Source of the DNA: Bdellovibrio sp.
GTDB taxonomy: Bacteria > Bdellovibrionota > Bdellovibrionia > Bdellovibrionales > Bdellovibrionaceae
Length of the DNA stretch: 64,000 nucleotides
Direction of reading: 5' to 3'
NCBI GenBank assembly: GCA_025359945.1
Contig: JANYDD010000061.1
Coordinates: forward strand, 25,151-89,150
Shown here: positions 27,410 to 37,134 of the stretch, piece after piece
Position numbering within the stretch: position 1 is the stretch's first letter
Layout of the letters: every line of letters starts with the position of its first letter
Position numbers and translations under genes: made by a program
The notes under the pieces: generated by a model
What the model was told of the DNA's origin: nothing
Database searches by the model: none
Seen by the model: only the letters and a program-made list of their open reading frames with translations

Positions 27410-28537
27410 CTAACTAGCTTTATTGCTGTTGGATGCGTTAGTGATCTGGGAATTGATCCCAGTGGGGAGTGCATTCATTTGTTGATGTTGGTCCGATTGA
27501 TTGTCATCTAGAGTATTAGGGCGGGGGCCTTTTTGTGCGCTGGTTTGCAGGTCAGTGTGCGGATCTTGGTATTTCTTTCGAATATTTTGCGCCAGTCTTT
27601 CTAGATTTTTAAATTCATCCTTTGTCCGAAGTTTAAAATCCCGAAACCCTAGCAGTTGATTTTTTTCTAGTTTTAAAATTTCATCTATATATTTTTCAAA
27701 CGCGAAAATGGGGCCAGCAATTTTATGCGAAATTATTTTTCCAACCGTAAAAAGTCCGATGCTGACGCCGATACTTAGCAAAATAAAAGTGGTGACAAAG
27801 GGTTTTAAAAATTTGCCCAATAAAATTTCGTTTTGCCCGACGAATTCGATCATGGTGACACGCAAATAGGTATACGAAAAAACTAGCGAGATAAAGCTAA
27901 TCCCCAACCCGATTCCTAATAGCAGGTAAGAATACTTTAGTTGAAAATCAGGATTGATCCAATATTTTCGACGAGAATTAAATTCGGGCCAAAGTTTTTC
28001 GCCTTCTTTAAAAATAGCGGTAATGATCATAACGTATCCCAGCCACTGAACCGCATCGGCAATATTAAAAGCCGGACTTAAATAAGATCCCTTTCCAAGA
28101 ATAATAAAATCAATCACGTGACCAAATAAAATGCGGTCGGTGACGTTGCCAGTAATTCCACCAAGCAAGATTGAGAGCCCAGATCGCAGCACCAATGATT
28201 TTATTGGTAGTAAATATTGAATCAAAACATAGATACAAACTAAAAACGCGCCGGCGGTTGAAAGCGAAACTACACGCAGGACGGGCGGCAATTCTGAAAA
28301 AAGTCCAAGCATTGCCCCGGGATTGTGATGAACAGCAAAATGCAAATATCGAAAACTTAAAACATCTTCCAATCCCAGCGCCCATATTTTGCTGATGCGA
28401 TCAAAATACCAACAGATCAAGAGCGGAATTAAAACTATGCCCCATTCATCACGTTTCATTCCCATAGGATTCGATGCTCTGTGATTGTGGTCAACTAAAG
28501 TCAGAATGTTGGTGAAAACTTTGGCCTTTAGCCACAT
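27410..28537 (-). CDS. lspA: Lipoprotein signal peptidase (LspA) fused to a C-terminal 2TM + HAMP-like extension
   Basis: LspA motifs GGITGNVTDRILFGHVIDFI and FNIADAVQWLG. These are followed by two further TM helices and SHKIAGPIFAFEKYIDEI...LRTKDEFKNLERLAQNIRKKY. The start is uncertain (alternative MGMKRDEW). Confidence 0.75.
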   Translation of the reverse strand: MWLKAKVFTNILTLVDHNHRASNPMGMKRDEWGIVLIPLLICWYFDRISKIWALGLEDVLSFRYLHFAVHHNPGAMLGLFSELPPVLRVVSLSTAGAFLVCIYVLIQYLLPIKSLVLRSGLSILLGGITGNVTDRILFGHVIDFIILGKGSYLSPAFNIADAVQWLGYVMIITAIFKEGEKLWPEFNSRRKYWINPDFQLKYSYLLLGIGLGISFISLVFSYTYLRVTMIEFVGQNEILLGKFLKPFVTTFILLSIGVSIGLFTVGKIISHKIAGPIFAFEKYIDEILKLEKNQLLGFRDFKLRTKDEFKNLERLAQNIRKKYQDPHTDLQTSAQKGPRPNTLDDNQSDQHQQMNALPTGINSQITNASNSNKAS

Positions 28538-28590
28538 TCATTTCAAGCTAGATTTTGGGCCAGAACGATCCGCCCGGCCGAATGTAACTG

Positions 28591-29955
28591 TCAGTTGGGG
28601 GTTTGTAGTGTTGTGTTGATTTGGTCGTAGAGCCTAAGCTCTTTCAGATGCCCAGTGGTTTGTGTTGCAGAACTTGTTCCAAAGACGGCCAAGCGATCGG
28701 GAGTCACCGTGTAGGTGCCGGGTAGGCTTGCGGCTGTGTCGGAATCCAGCTTAAGCCCAACCGAAGTCGGCTGCTGACTGGCTGTCAAAATATAGCTTTG
28801 ATTAATGGTGGCAGGCGACGATGTCGAGGTCAGAATTGCTGTGCTTGACCCATTCTGAAATAAATCAATTTTTGTGCTGACGGTATTGTAACTTGCAGAT
28901 GTCGTCTGCGTTGTTGGATTGGCTGACGAATACATATCGAAAAGTCGGAACGTACTTGCCGACGCTGCTAATTCATAAAGTGGCCTTGAAAAATTCATCA
29001 CCAAGGCCCACGAAGTCGAAAAAGCAGAGGACGGAGTCACCAACAAATTGTCTGCGGATCGAGTGCCCGTAGCGCCGTTAGTGGAAATGTAGCTGGTTGG
29101 TACCCAACCCCGTTCTAACTGAGCTCCCCACAGATACACAGTGCCCGTGCTGGCATTAAATAGACTTGAAGGACAAATTGCTATTCGAACTTCAGTATTT
29201 CCCGTTGAATTGTTTTTGCCTCGACCCCAAACTCGATACCAACCGTTTGGATATTTGATTACACCACAAGTTCCTGCCCCAGTAAGACAACTAGGACCAA
29301 CTGTATCAATAGTTGCCCAAGTAATATCAGCACCGATCTGCGACGACACCCCCCCAACTAAAAACCAAAGGATGATTCGACTTGTGGATGCGGTTCCTTG
29401 TTTTGCAAAAATACTTGCGACGTATTCATCGGATGTACCGACGCCGGTCGTTTTTGAAAATACTCGATGCGAAGTGTTTGCGCCGTCGTTATCATCAACT
29501 GTATCGGCTGTCATTGTCCCGTCTGGAGCCAAAGTCGAGTTTGGTGTAACCACGACAGAAAAACCCGAAGTCCACGCTCCATGATCTAGGGCCTCGGAGC
29601 GAGTCACCACGTTCGTAGCTGCTGGCTCTAAGAGCAAACCTTTAAGCGCCAAAGTATTACAATCGTAGTCGTAGCGAGGAGTATTTACGGCTGCTGAAAC
29701 GACACTTCCAGCGGCATCACAATAAGTTCCGGTTGACGCCCTTGTTAGACTCATCAATGAAGGTAAAGTTTGATTCGAGGCCTTAAAATCCACCAAAGCC
29801 GAGACGTTTTGATAAGCTGTATCAGTCGTCGGTGCTGCTTTCAGAGAAAGATCGGTTTTCTCGATCGAACCAGAAATCCAACTGCAGCCAGTTAAAATGA
29901 AAAGACTGAATCCAAGTGGAGCTATTAGTAATGTAAGCTTTTTTTGTGTTCTCAT
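28591..29955 (-). CDS. Ser/Thr-rich lipoprotein with a jelly-roll (ConA/LamG-like, phage-fibre-like) pattern
   Basis: Lipobox ILTGCS. The central GWYRVW...VYLWGAQLERGWVPTSYISTNGATGTRSADNL resembles a motif I associate with phage structural/LamG-like proteins. That link is from memory and is not verified. Confidence 0.6.
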   Translation of the reverse strand: MRTQKKLTLLIAPLGFSLFILTGCSWISGSIEKTDLSLKAAPTTDTAYQNVSALVDFKASNQTLPSLMSLTRASTGTYCDAAGSVVSAAVNTPRYDYDCNTLALKGLLLEPAATNVVTRSEALDHGAWTSGFSVVVTPNSTLAPDGTMTADTVDDNDGANTSHRVFSKTTGVGTSDEYVASIFAKQGTASTSRIILWFLVGGVSSQIGADITWATIDTVGPSCLTGAGTCGVIKYPNGWYRVWGRGKNNSTGNTEVRIAICPSSLFNASTGTVYLWGAQLERGWVPTSYISTNGATGTRSADNLLVTPSSAFSTSWALVMNFSRPLYELAASASTFRLFDMYSSANPTTQTTSASYNTVSTKIDLFQNGSSTAILTSTSSPATINQSYILTASQQPTSVGLKLDSDTAASLPGTYTVTPDRLAVFGTSSATQTTGHLKELRLYDQINTTLQTPN

Positions 29956-30119
29956 AAGCTACTGATCGGCCATTTATCGTGGAACTTTAGGACAAAGGTC
30001 TAGTTGTCTCAAATTAAAACATTTGGCGGCTCAAATTGAAAATTGGCCCCAGAACCTGGTCGTCGAAGAAAACGATCAGGTTTCATAAAATTCAAGAAAC
30101 CTGCCCGGTGTTCCGATTT

Positions 30120-31163
30120 CTAGCGTTCATTAAAAACAGAGGTTTTATTTTTCCCAAGATTTTTTGACTGGTACAAGGCTTGATCTGCTTTTGTGTAGAG
30201 CGTGTCGAAGGTATCACCGTGGTCTGGGAAACTGGCGATGCCGAAGCTCATGGTGATGCCTTCTTGGGAAAAATTTTTATTTAAAGCGGCTCGGATTCTC
30301 TCGGTCATTTTGAAGGCATCTTTGGCCGAGGTTTCTGGCAAGACAATCGCAAACTCATCGCCCCCTAGTCGCGCTAAAAAATCTTCGCCTCTGAGCAGTG
30401 ATTCGATTTCGTGCGAGAGTTTGACTAAAATTGAGTCGCCCTTGGGGTGCCCCTGCGCATCGTTTAGTTTTTTAAAACCGTCCAGGTCCATCATCACAAA
30501 ACTTAAAAAATGCTGATAGCGTTGCGACCTAGAAATTTCATTCTCGACAAATTTTTGCAGACCCCTTCGGTTGTGAAGCTGAGTCAAGGGGTCCAAGTTT
30601 GAAATAAATTCTAATCGAAGAAATTCAGACTTCAATCGCACCATGCTCTGAACATTTAAAAAATCAACTTCCGAAAATTCCACACAGCCATATTTATTTC
30701 GTAGAACAAAATCAAATTCTATTTTTCCACCCATTTGGTCTTTTGAGTTTGGCGTAATTTCACCGATGACGACTGAATTTTTTCTTATACTTTCTAAGCT
30801 ATGAATTCTACTTGTCGTTTGCATCCAAAAATAGGGGTGTTTGAAAAGACTTTCATGAAAAAATAAAACGTCGACCGTCGCCCCAGTATATTTCGCTAAG
30901 ACTTCAAAAATATTTGAGTCGTTCGCTATCGCCAAATTCAACGCAATGTCATCAACAATAAAAAACGAGTGCAACGACATCTTCAGGGCCAAAACATCAG
31001 GATCCAATAGGCTTTCTTCAAAAGGTGAAATCTCTAAAGACTGACCGTCCTTGATTGAAGGACTTGTTAAATCAATTTTAGATTCTAAAATCGAATCAAT
31101 TGCATTCCCACGCTTAACCACATTTTTTGCAAAAAAAAGAATTAGTCTTGGCTTTTCAATCAC
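30120..31163 (-). CDS. Diguanylate cyclase (GGDEF) with an uncharacterised N-terminal domain
   Basis: LTQLHNRRG, MMDLDGFKKLND and RLGGDEFAIVL motifs in the C-terminal half. Confidence 0.88.
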   Translation of the reverse strand: MIEKPRLILFFAKNVVKRGNAIDSILESKIDLTSPSIKDGQSLEISPFEESLLDPDVLALKMSLHSFFIVDDIALNLAIANDSNIFEVLAKYTGATVDVLFFHESLFKHPYFWMQTTSRIHSLESIRKNSVVIGEITPNSKDQMGGKIEFDFVLRNKYGCVEFSEVDFLNVQSMVRLKSEFLRLEFISNLDPLTQLHNRRGLQKFVENEISRSQRYQHFLSFVMMDLDGFKKLNDAQGHPKGDSILVKLSHEIESLLRGEDFLARLGGDEFAIVLPETSAKDAFKMTERIRAALNKNFSQEGITMSFGIASFPDHGDTFDTLYTKADQALYQSKNLGKNKTSVFNER

Positions 31164-31316
31164 CCTGTCTTTCTATTGGAAAACTTTGAAATGTCCAGAG
31201 TTTGATTTTAAAAAAGTTCGCCAAGAATCGACTTGGAAATCTTTCCAATATCGACTGTTCACTAAAGCCTGCGGAAACTCAAGCCTTGAGGCCAAGTCTA
31301 ATTGAACTGAATCGAG

Positions 31317-31422
31317 CCCACCTATGCACATGACGCCAGCAAATTCGCCTTGTCGAATATTGTCGACTTGAATGCGCTCCAGTCGAACACGACAGGTAGG
31401 TGGCGTCATGTGCATACGTAAG
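31317..31422. mobile_element. MITE-like non-autonomous element, copy 2 (106 bp)
   Basis: Beyond the first few bases it is identical to copy 1 apart from one substitution. It is flanked by the direct 8-bp duplication GAATCGAG (31309..31316 and 31423..31430). Confidence 0.7.
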
Positions 31423-31705
31423 GAATCGAGCGGTTGTCGTCGCCTCAGGTTTTTCAAATCAAGCGTGCTAATAGAGTTCCGAACCAGACTCTGATGCCAT
31501 CAAAACACGCCAACAGTGTACGGCTGCGCTGAAAACCGATTGCAACTTAGTTTTTTATTTTTTTTCGGAATTTTCATGCATGTCACAATCCTGTCCAATG
31601 GAATCCTGAAATCTTTGGCTTTTGAATCTGGCGCTGAAAGAAACTCGACATTACTGATCAGTCTCGCTACCCTAAATTAACTACCCACCATTTTCAGGAG
31701 CGTTC

Positions 31706-33115
31706 TTGAATAAAAATCTGAAGCTATTTATTTTTTGTAGTTTGGTTTGCACTTCTTTGCGAGCTCAGCCTGACCTTAAATCGCAATTTGAAGCGTTGAT
31801 TAAAAAATCCGGCGTTGCACGCGGTGATCTAAGTTTGATGGTCGGCGCTCCCAAAAAAAGTTTATTTGAACTGAATTCCGAAAAAAAACTGATTCCTGCT
31901 TCGATTACAAAAATTGCCACAACTGCCGCGGTGTTGGATTTTTTTCCGCCCGGTTTTCAAATTAAAACCCGGCTTTTAACCGTCGAAAAGGGGCGAATCC
32001 CGAATGGTGTTTTAAAATCGCCACTTTATTTTAAAGGCGGTGGGGACCCCACGTTTGTTTCTGAAACACTTTGGTTTTTGGTTAATGCTTTTGTCCGTAG
32101 CGGAATACAGCGGATTGATGGGGATTTGATTTTGGACTCTAGTTTGTTTGACGATAAACCTTTTGACGAGTCTCGAGAAAGCGTCAGGGTCGATCGGGCT
32201 TACGATGCTCCAGTCAGTGCGCTTTCTTTTAATTGGAATGCCAGCAATTTTTTTATTCGACCAGGTTTAAAATCAGGTGACAAAGCACAGGTTTTTGCGG
32301 ACCCGGTCAACCCTTACGTTGAAATTCAAGGCGAACCCACCACATCAGAAAAAAAGACCCATTCTTTGAAAATCGAGAAAATAAAAGTACAAGATCAAAA
32401 AGAGATTTACAAAATCTCCGGCGATATTCCCGTCGGCCATGCCGAAGTCGCCATCTACAAAAATATTCAAAAACCTGAACTTTGGGCCGGGATAAATCTG
32501 ATCGAATTTCTAAAACAGCGTGGCATTGTGTTTAACGGAAAAATTAAATTGGGTAAAACTCCAGCAGATACGCAAGTTCTGGCCGAAGCTCCCAGTAAGC
32601 CCATCGATCATATCGTCCAGGATATGAACAAATTCTCAAATAATTTTGTGGCCGAAGCGCTAACCAAATTGATGGCCACGTTGGATGGAAAGCAAGGAAA
32701 CATCGCTGACGGAATTCAAAAAATTCGTTTAGTCCTGCAAAAATCTGGACTTAAAGAAAATGAATTCACGATCGATAATCCGTCGGGGTTGACGCGCGAA
32801 AACCGATTTTCCGCGCTGGCAATGATAAAAATTTTAACTCACCTGAGAAATAATTTTGAAGTGTTCCCGGAATTTTTAGGATCGCTTCCCATTGCTGGTG
32901 TGGACGGCACGTTGAAATCCAGATTGAAAAATACTAAAGGCGAACGTTGGGTTCGTGCCAAGACTGGACTTTTGACGGGCGTCGTAGCCTTGGCCGGATT
33001 TGCCGGCCACGACAACGGCGAAGTGATTCCTTTTGTATTTATTTACAACGGTTCGCAAGACGGAAGTAAAGTTCGACAATTGTTTGATCAGCTTTCAACA
33101 TTACTAGTAGAATAA
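31706..33115 (+). CDS. dacB: D-alanyl-D-alanine carboxypeptidase/endopeptidase (PBP4 family)
   Basis: TTG start and signal peptide. SxxK (ASITKIATTAAVL), SGLTREN and KTGLLTG motifs. The length fits PBP4. Confidence 0.8.
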   Translation: MNKNLKLFIFCSLVCTSLRAQPDLKSQFEALIKKSGVARGDLSLMVGAPKKSLFELNSEKKLIPASITKIATTAAVLDFFPPGFQIKTRLLTVEKGRIPNGVLKSPLYFKGGGDPTFVSETLWFLVNAFVRSGIQRIDGDLILDSSLFDDKPFDESRESVRVDRAYDAPVSALSFNWNASNFFIRPGLKSGDKAQVFADPVNPYVEIQGEPTTSEKKTHSLKIEKIKVQDQKEIYKISGDIPVGHAEVAIYKNIQKPELWAGINLIEFLKQRGIVFNGKIKLGKTPADTQVLAEAPSKPIDHIVQDMNKFSNNFVAEALTKLMATLDGKQGNIADGIQKIRLVLQKSGLKENEFTIDNPSGLTRENRFSALAMIKILTHLRNNFEVFPEFLGSLPIAGVDGTLKSRLKNTKGERWVRAKTGLLTGVVALAGFAGHDNGEVIPFVFIYNGSQDGSKVRQLFDQLSTLLVE

Positions 33116-33119
33116 AAGG

Positions 33120-34538
33120 ATGAAATGGATTTCATTTTTCGCCCTGGTATTTCTTGGCCTTTGTTCTGTGGCCGAAGAAAAAGAGACTGCTTTGCCCCCC
33201 GATGCACCGACAATAGTTGCAGCACCCACCGACAGCAATTCAACAAAAGTCCTCGAAGCTGCTGACGACAGCCGCACGCCCACCGCATTAGAACCCGACA
33301 TCGATCAAGACACGCCTGTAAGCCACGAAGAAATTTCCGGAGACATGGGGTTAACCGGATCAAGACCCTGGCGTGCTCCGGACTTTTCACAACAACCCCA
33401 AGCCATGGGTTATTCCGAACAACTCTTCACCGTGCCCGCCGGGTTAGAAAAAAACTTTCAGTTCTGGTTAGATATTTACACCAAGTACACCACTGACCAA
33501 GGCGTGCTTCATGATTCAGAAAACATTGATTTGATTTACGAAGCTTTGGATTTTTCGGCGATCACTGTGCGAAACGATCTGGATAATTTCCAAAAAGAGA
33601 GATTACGCACCAAAATGGTAAAGAACGCAAAAAAAAGAATTATCGAACGATTAAAAAAATTAGCTAAAATCAAAGACCCGATCGATTTGCCCTTGGAAGA
33701 ACAATTAATTTGGGACTACATGAAAAAAGTTGACGAGAAAAATAAATTTATCGAAGCCACACACAAAAGTCGATTGCGATTTCAGTTGGGTCAGCGAGAC
33801 CGCATTATCCAAGGTATTTTTTTTTCGGGCCGCTATTTAGAAGATTTTGAAAAAATTTTTAAAGACACTGGAATTCCGATCGAGCTGACGAGACTTCCCT
33901 TTGTTGAAAGCTCTTACAACGTGTTGGCGCGATCCAAGGTTGGAGCCAGTGGTCTGTGGCAAATTATGCCCAAGACCGGACGGCCTTATGGAATGATCAA
34001 CGCATGGATCGATAAAAGAAACCACCCGATCGAAGCCACCAAGTTGGCAGGAAAACTTTTAAAATTTAATTTTGATCTTTTACAAAGCTGGCCCTTAGCG
34101 ATCACAGGCTACAATCACGGCCCCCACGGTGTGTTGCGACTGACGCGATTTCAGAAAACCCGCGAGATTGCAGATTTGGCTCTAAACGTCAACTCACGAA
34201 AGCGCTTGGGTTTTGCATCCAGAAACTTCTACGTCAGTTTTCTAGCTGTTTTAGAGGCCGAAAAAAAAGCGCCATTTTATTTTGGCGCGGTAAAATGGTC
34301 TAAGCCTTTGGGTGCTTACGACATTAAATTAGAATCGAGATTGCCCTTCGCAAAACTTTTAAGTTGGTTTGACGGCGATCAACACAAACTGCAGATTTTT
34401 AATCCCCATATTTCTGCTCTGGGCCGCAAGGTCGGGCAGACCTTGCCCAAAAAAGCGGTGATCTCGATTCCTCTCACAAAGCGCGACCAAGCTGAAAGCG
34501 AGATAATTTTAAATCTATCGCGCAGATCCTCGAATTAA
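33120..34538 (+). CDS. Lytic transglycosylase (SLT domain, MltD-like)
   Basis: Signal peptide. Catalytic region FVESSYNVLARSKVGASGLWQIMPKTG. Confidence 0.8.
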   Translation: MKWISFFALVFLGLCSVAEEKETALPPDAPTIVAAPTDSNSTKVLEAADDSRTPTALEPDIDQDTPVSHEEISGDMGLTGSRPWRAPDFSQQPQAMGYSEQLFTVPAGLEKNFQFWLDIYTKYTTDQGVLHDSENIDLIYEALDFSAITVRNDLDNFQKERLRTKMVKNAKKRIIERLKKLAKIKDPIDLPLEEQLIWDYMKKVDEKNKFIEATHKSRLRFQLGQRDRIIQGIFFSGRYLEDFEKIFKDTGIPIELTRLPFVESSYNVLARSKVGASGLWQIMPKTGRPYGMINAWIDKRNHPIEATKLAGKLLKFNFDLLQSWPLAITGYNHGPHGVLRLTRFQKTREIADLALNVNSRKRLGFASRNFYVSFLAVLEAEKKAPFYFGAVKWSKPLGAYDIKLESRLPFAKLLSWFDGDQHKLQIFNPHISALGRKVGQTLPKKAVISIPLTKRDQAESEIILNLSRRSSN

Positions 34539-34590
34539 ACCTTTGAGATATGTTTTTATTTGAAATGCTGTATTCCATGGAATAGCAATA

Positions 34591-35244
34591 TTGACAGGGG
34601 GATTTTTGGGGGAAAAATTTGGGGCTCGCTTTAGGTTATTAATTTTGTTTTTTTCCTTTGCTTCCATTTCATTGAATTCGTTGGCCATAGGACCAATCGG
34701 GCACTCAAGGTTGTGGCGATCGGCGACTCAAACTTTAACTTGTTCGGTGGCCGCGCTTGGCAGCACCGGGGCGGCGGACCTTCGCGGGACTCTATTGCTA
34801 AACGCTTATCTTTGGCAGCGTTTGTTACAAGTGGACCAGCAATTTGTGCAGATCGAACTAAAAGAGGATTTTTCTGCTCGAGCAGACTTCTTATTCAGTA
34901 GCTATTTCTCGCACAGGATCGTACCTGGCTCCGAGCCTGGAGATAGAGCTCATGCTCAAAGACTTTTTAATTTTACAATACCTAAAAGTTGGCAGCCTCG
35001 CGATCGAAAGCTTCCGGAATGGTGGCTTCTAGTTGAAAACATAAATTCAAAGAGCGCTATCTTATCTACTTTAACCCTTCAGATGCCTGGTTCCAAGATT
35101 AAAAAAAACGTCGACTTACTTTTTTCTTTAAGACTGATTCCCACGGCAACTTCGCAAAGCCAAACTTTCAAGATAGCAATGTCTGTTGCGACAAAGCAGG
35201 TACCACTGTCCCGGGTCGCAACTTTTTCCGGTGACTGTCGATAA
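34591..35244 (+). CDS. Hypothetical exported protein
   Basis: ORF with a hydrophobic N-terminus. No family recognised. Confidence 0.4.
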   Translation: MTGGFLGEKFGARFRLLILFFSFASISLNSLAIGPIGHSRLWRSATQTLTCSVAALGSTGAADLRGTLLLNAYLWQRLLQVDQQFVQIELKEDFSARADFLFSSYFSHRIVPGSEPGDRAHAQRLFNFTIPKSWQPRDRKLPEWWLLVENINSKSAILSTLTLQMPGSKIKKNVDLLFSLRLIPTATSQSQTFKIAMSVATKQVPLSRVATFSGDCR

Positions 35245-35265
35245 ATTATTTTTTTTTAATTCATT

Positions 35266-36477
35266 TTAAGAACACGAAAGCGAAGACCCAGTTACCGTTG
35301 GCATTTTTCCGGTCGGGCATTCTGCGGAGTTTCGCACTAAGTCTTCTGATTTATTTTCCGAGCATATCAAAGGGCAATCGTTAGTGGATTTTTGCAAGAA
35401 CGCGAATGGATATTTGGTATTTTTAATTTGGTTCCCTTGGATTCCCACTTGGCATTCGGCAGTCAATTTGGGGCGCGCGATGCCAATTCCAGCAATGGAT
35501 GATCGGTCGATTAAATTATTTTTTATTAAAATATCTCGGCCGTATCCAGGCGGTTGGTGAAAAACCAAAATCGCTGGTTGATTGGTATTGGGTCCTAATC
35601 CAAAACAGCCGCGCAAAGCATGGTCGGTGATCTGATTATTTTCGACTAAAATATTCGTGTTAGTCGCTGACGAATTGTAAACGTATTCATTTTTGATCGA
35701 GATTGCTGCATTCACGCAAATATTAGAGATCTTGTTATCGATCACCGTTACATCTTGCGCTCCCGTAATATCAATACCATTTCCCCAAGCCGAAGACTTG
35801 ATAATGTTACCTTGAATTAAAATATTTTTATTGGGTGCGGTCCCGTACCCAACCACCGCAATCGAATCATCGCCAGTCAACGGCGCATCCACAGTGTTTT
35901 CAATAATTCGTCCGTCTGTCGAGGGCCCGGTCACATGAATATGATCGGCCAAAGTATTACCGACAAAATTTTTCGCGATTAAAAAATTTTTCGATTTAAA
36001 AATAAAAATCCCTGCGGCAGCCCCTGAAGTAATTTTGTTTCCCATCAGCGTCGTGTTCGAAGTGCTTTCGACCACAATTCGGTGATGAAACAATTGGCTT
36101 TTTCGACCCTTCTTCACATCCGAGGTTAGGGTCAATCCAAAGATGCCGCAATTTGCAGCGGTCACATGTACCGATTGGGCCTCTGCGCTCGTAGCGTGTA
36201 AAGTGGCGCCGTCTTGGGCCCAAAGATTTGTACCGGCAGTCTTCACCTGAAGCACCTTTGAGTAATTGTACGTTCCCGGCGGAATTAAAATCCAACCGCC
36301 TTTATCCAAAGCCTTTTGCAAGGCGGCCGTATCATCCGCTTTGCCGTCACCAACGGCGCCTAGCTGTCGAACGTTTAATGTATGTTGAGGAAGTGTCGGA
36401 AGGTGGGTGCAACTGGATTCTGTGCGGGCCATTTCAGATACAAGGAGAAGGGAAAATAAGAGAATTAAAAACTTCAT
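35266..36477 (-). CDS. Secreted right-handed parallel beta-helix protein (pectate-lyase / tailspike-like fold)
   Basis: Signal peptide. N-terminal LNVRQLGAVGDGKADDTAALQKALDKGG motif, followed by repeated N-x-I/V...G-I-x-I beta-helix-like coils. Confidence 0.7.
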   Translation of the reverse strand: MKFLILLFSLLLVSEMARTESSCTHLPTLPQHTLNVRQLGAVGDGKADDTAALQKALDKGGWILIPPGTYNYSKVLQVKTAGTNLWAQDGATLHATSAEAQSVHVTAANCGIFGLTLTSDVKKGRKSQLFHHRIVVESTSNTTLMGNKITSGAAAGIFIFKSKNFLIAKNFVGNTLADHIHVTGPSTDGRIIENTVDAPLTGDDSIAVVGYGTAPNKNILIQGNIIKSSAWGNGIDITGAQDVTVIDNKISNICVNAAISIKNEYVYNSSATNTNILVENNQITDHALRGCFGLGPNTNQPAILVFHQPPGYGRDILIKNNLIDRSSIAGIGIARPKLTAECQVGIQGNQIKNTKYPFAFLQKSTNDCPLICSENKSEDLVRNSAECPTGKMPTVTGSSLSCS

Positions 36478-36537
36478 AGACTGTAAGTCTGTGGGGCCGT
36501 TTTTAAGCGGTCAATAAAAACAATCTGGCGCTAAAAA

Positions 36538-37080
36538 TTACTGAAGATCTTGAACTTGCGCAATGTAAGGAAGATTTCGGTAATACCCTTGGTAATCCAA
36601 ACCATATCCCACCACAAAGTCATTGGGAATTTTAAATCCAACGTGGTCCACTTCACATGGAACTTTCAAGGCATCAGGTTTTTCCAAAAGAGAAACAGTG
36701 GTCAAGCTTTTTGGTTTTCTCGAAAGCATCGACGCTTTCAAGTAATTCATCGTCAATCCGGTATCCACAATGTCTTCGACCAAAATCAAATTTTTATCTT
36801 CGACCGGATAAGTTAAATCCAAGGTCACTTTCACTTCACCCGAAGACGTAGTATTTCCGTGATACGAGGAAACTCCAAAAAATTCACATTGCAATTCTAA
36901 ATCCAAATTTCGAATGAGGTCCGAGTAAAACATAAATGAACCCTTCAAAACGCAAATCACAACTACAGGTTTATTTTTGAAGGTTTGATTTAATTTTCCA
37001 GCGATGTCTTTTACCTTTTTTTGAATTTCGGTTTCTGAAATATAGGTCGAAAGCTTTAATGTATTCATTTGGACTCCCAA
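36538..37080 (-). CDS. hpt: Hypoxanthine phosphoribosyltransferase
   Basis: PRPP-binding LILVEDIVDTGLTM. The 180-aa length and KIPNDFVVGYGLDY are also typical. Confidence 0.9.
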   Translation of the reverse strand: MGVQMNTLKLSTYISETEIQKKVKDIAGKLNQTFKNKPVVVICVLKGSFMFYSDLIRNLDLELQCEFFGVSSYHGNTTSSGEVKVTLDLTYPVEDKNLILVEDIVDTGLTMNYLKASMLSRKPKSLTTVSLLEKPDALKVPCEVDHVGFKIPNDFVVGYGLDYQGYYRNLPYIAQVQDLQ

Positions 37081-37134
37081 GTGAAAAAACTACAGCAGAA
37101 TTTTCTCTTTGGCTAGGATATGTCCTGAATTAGA

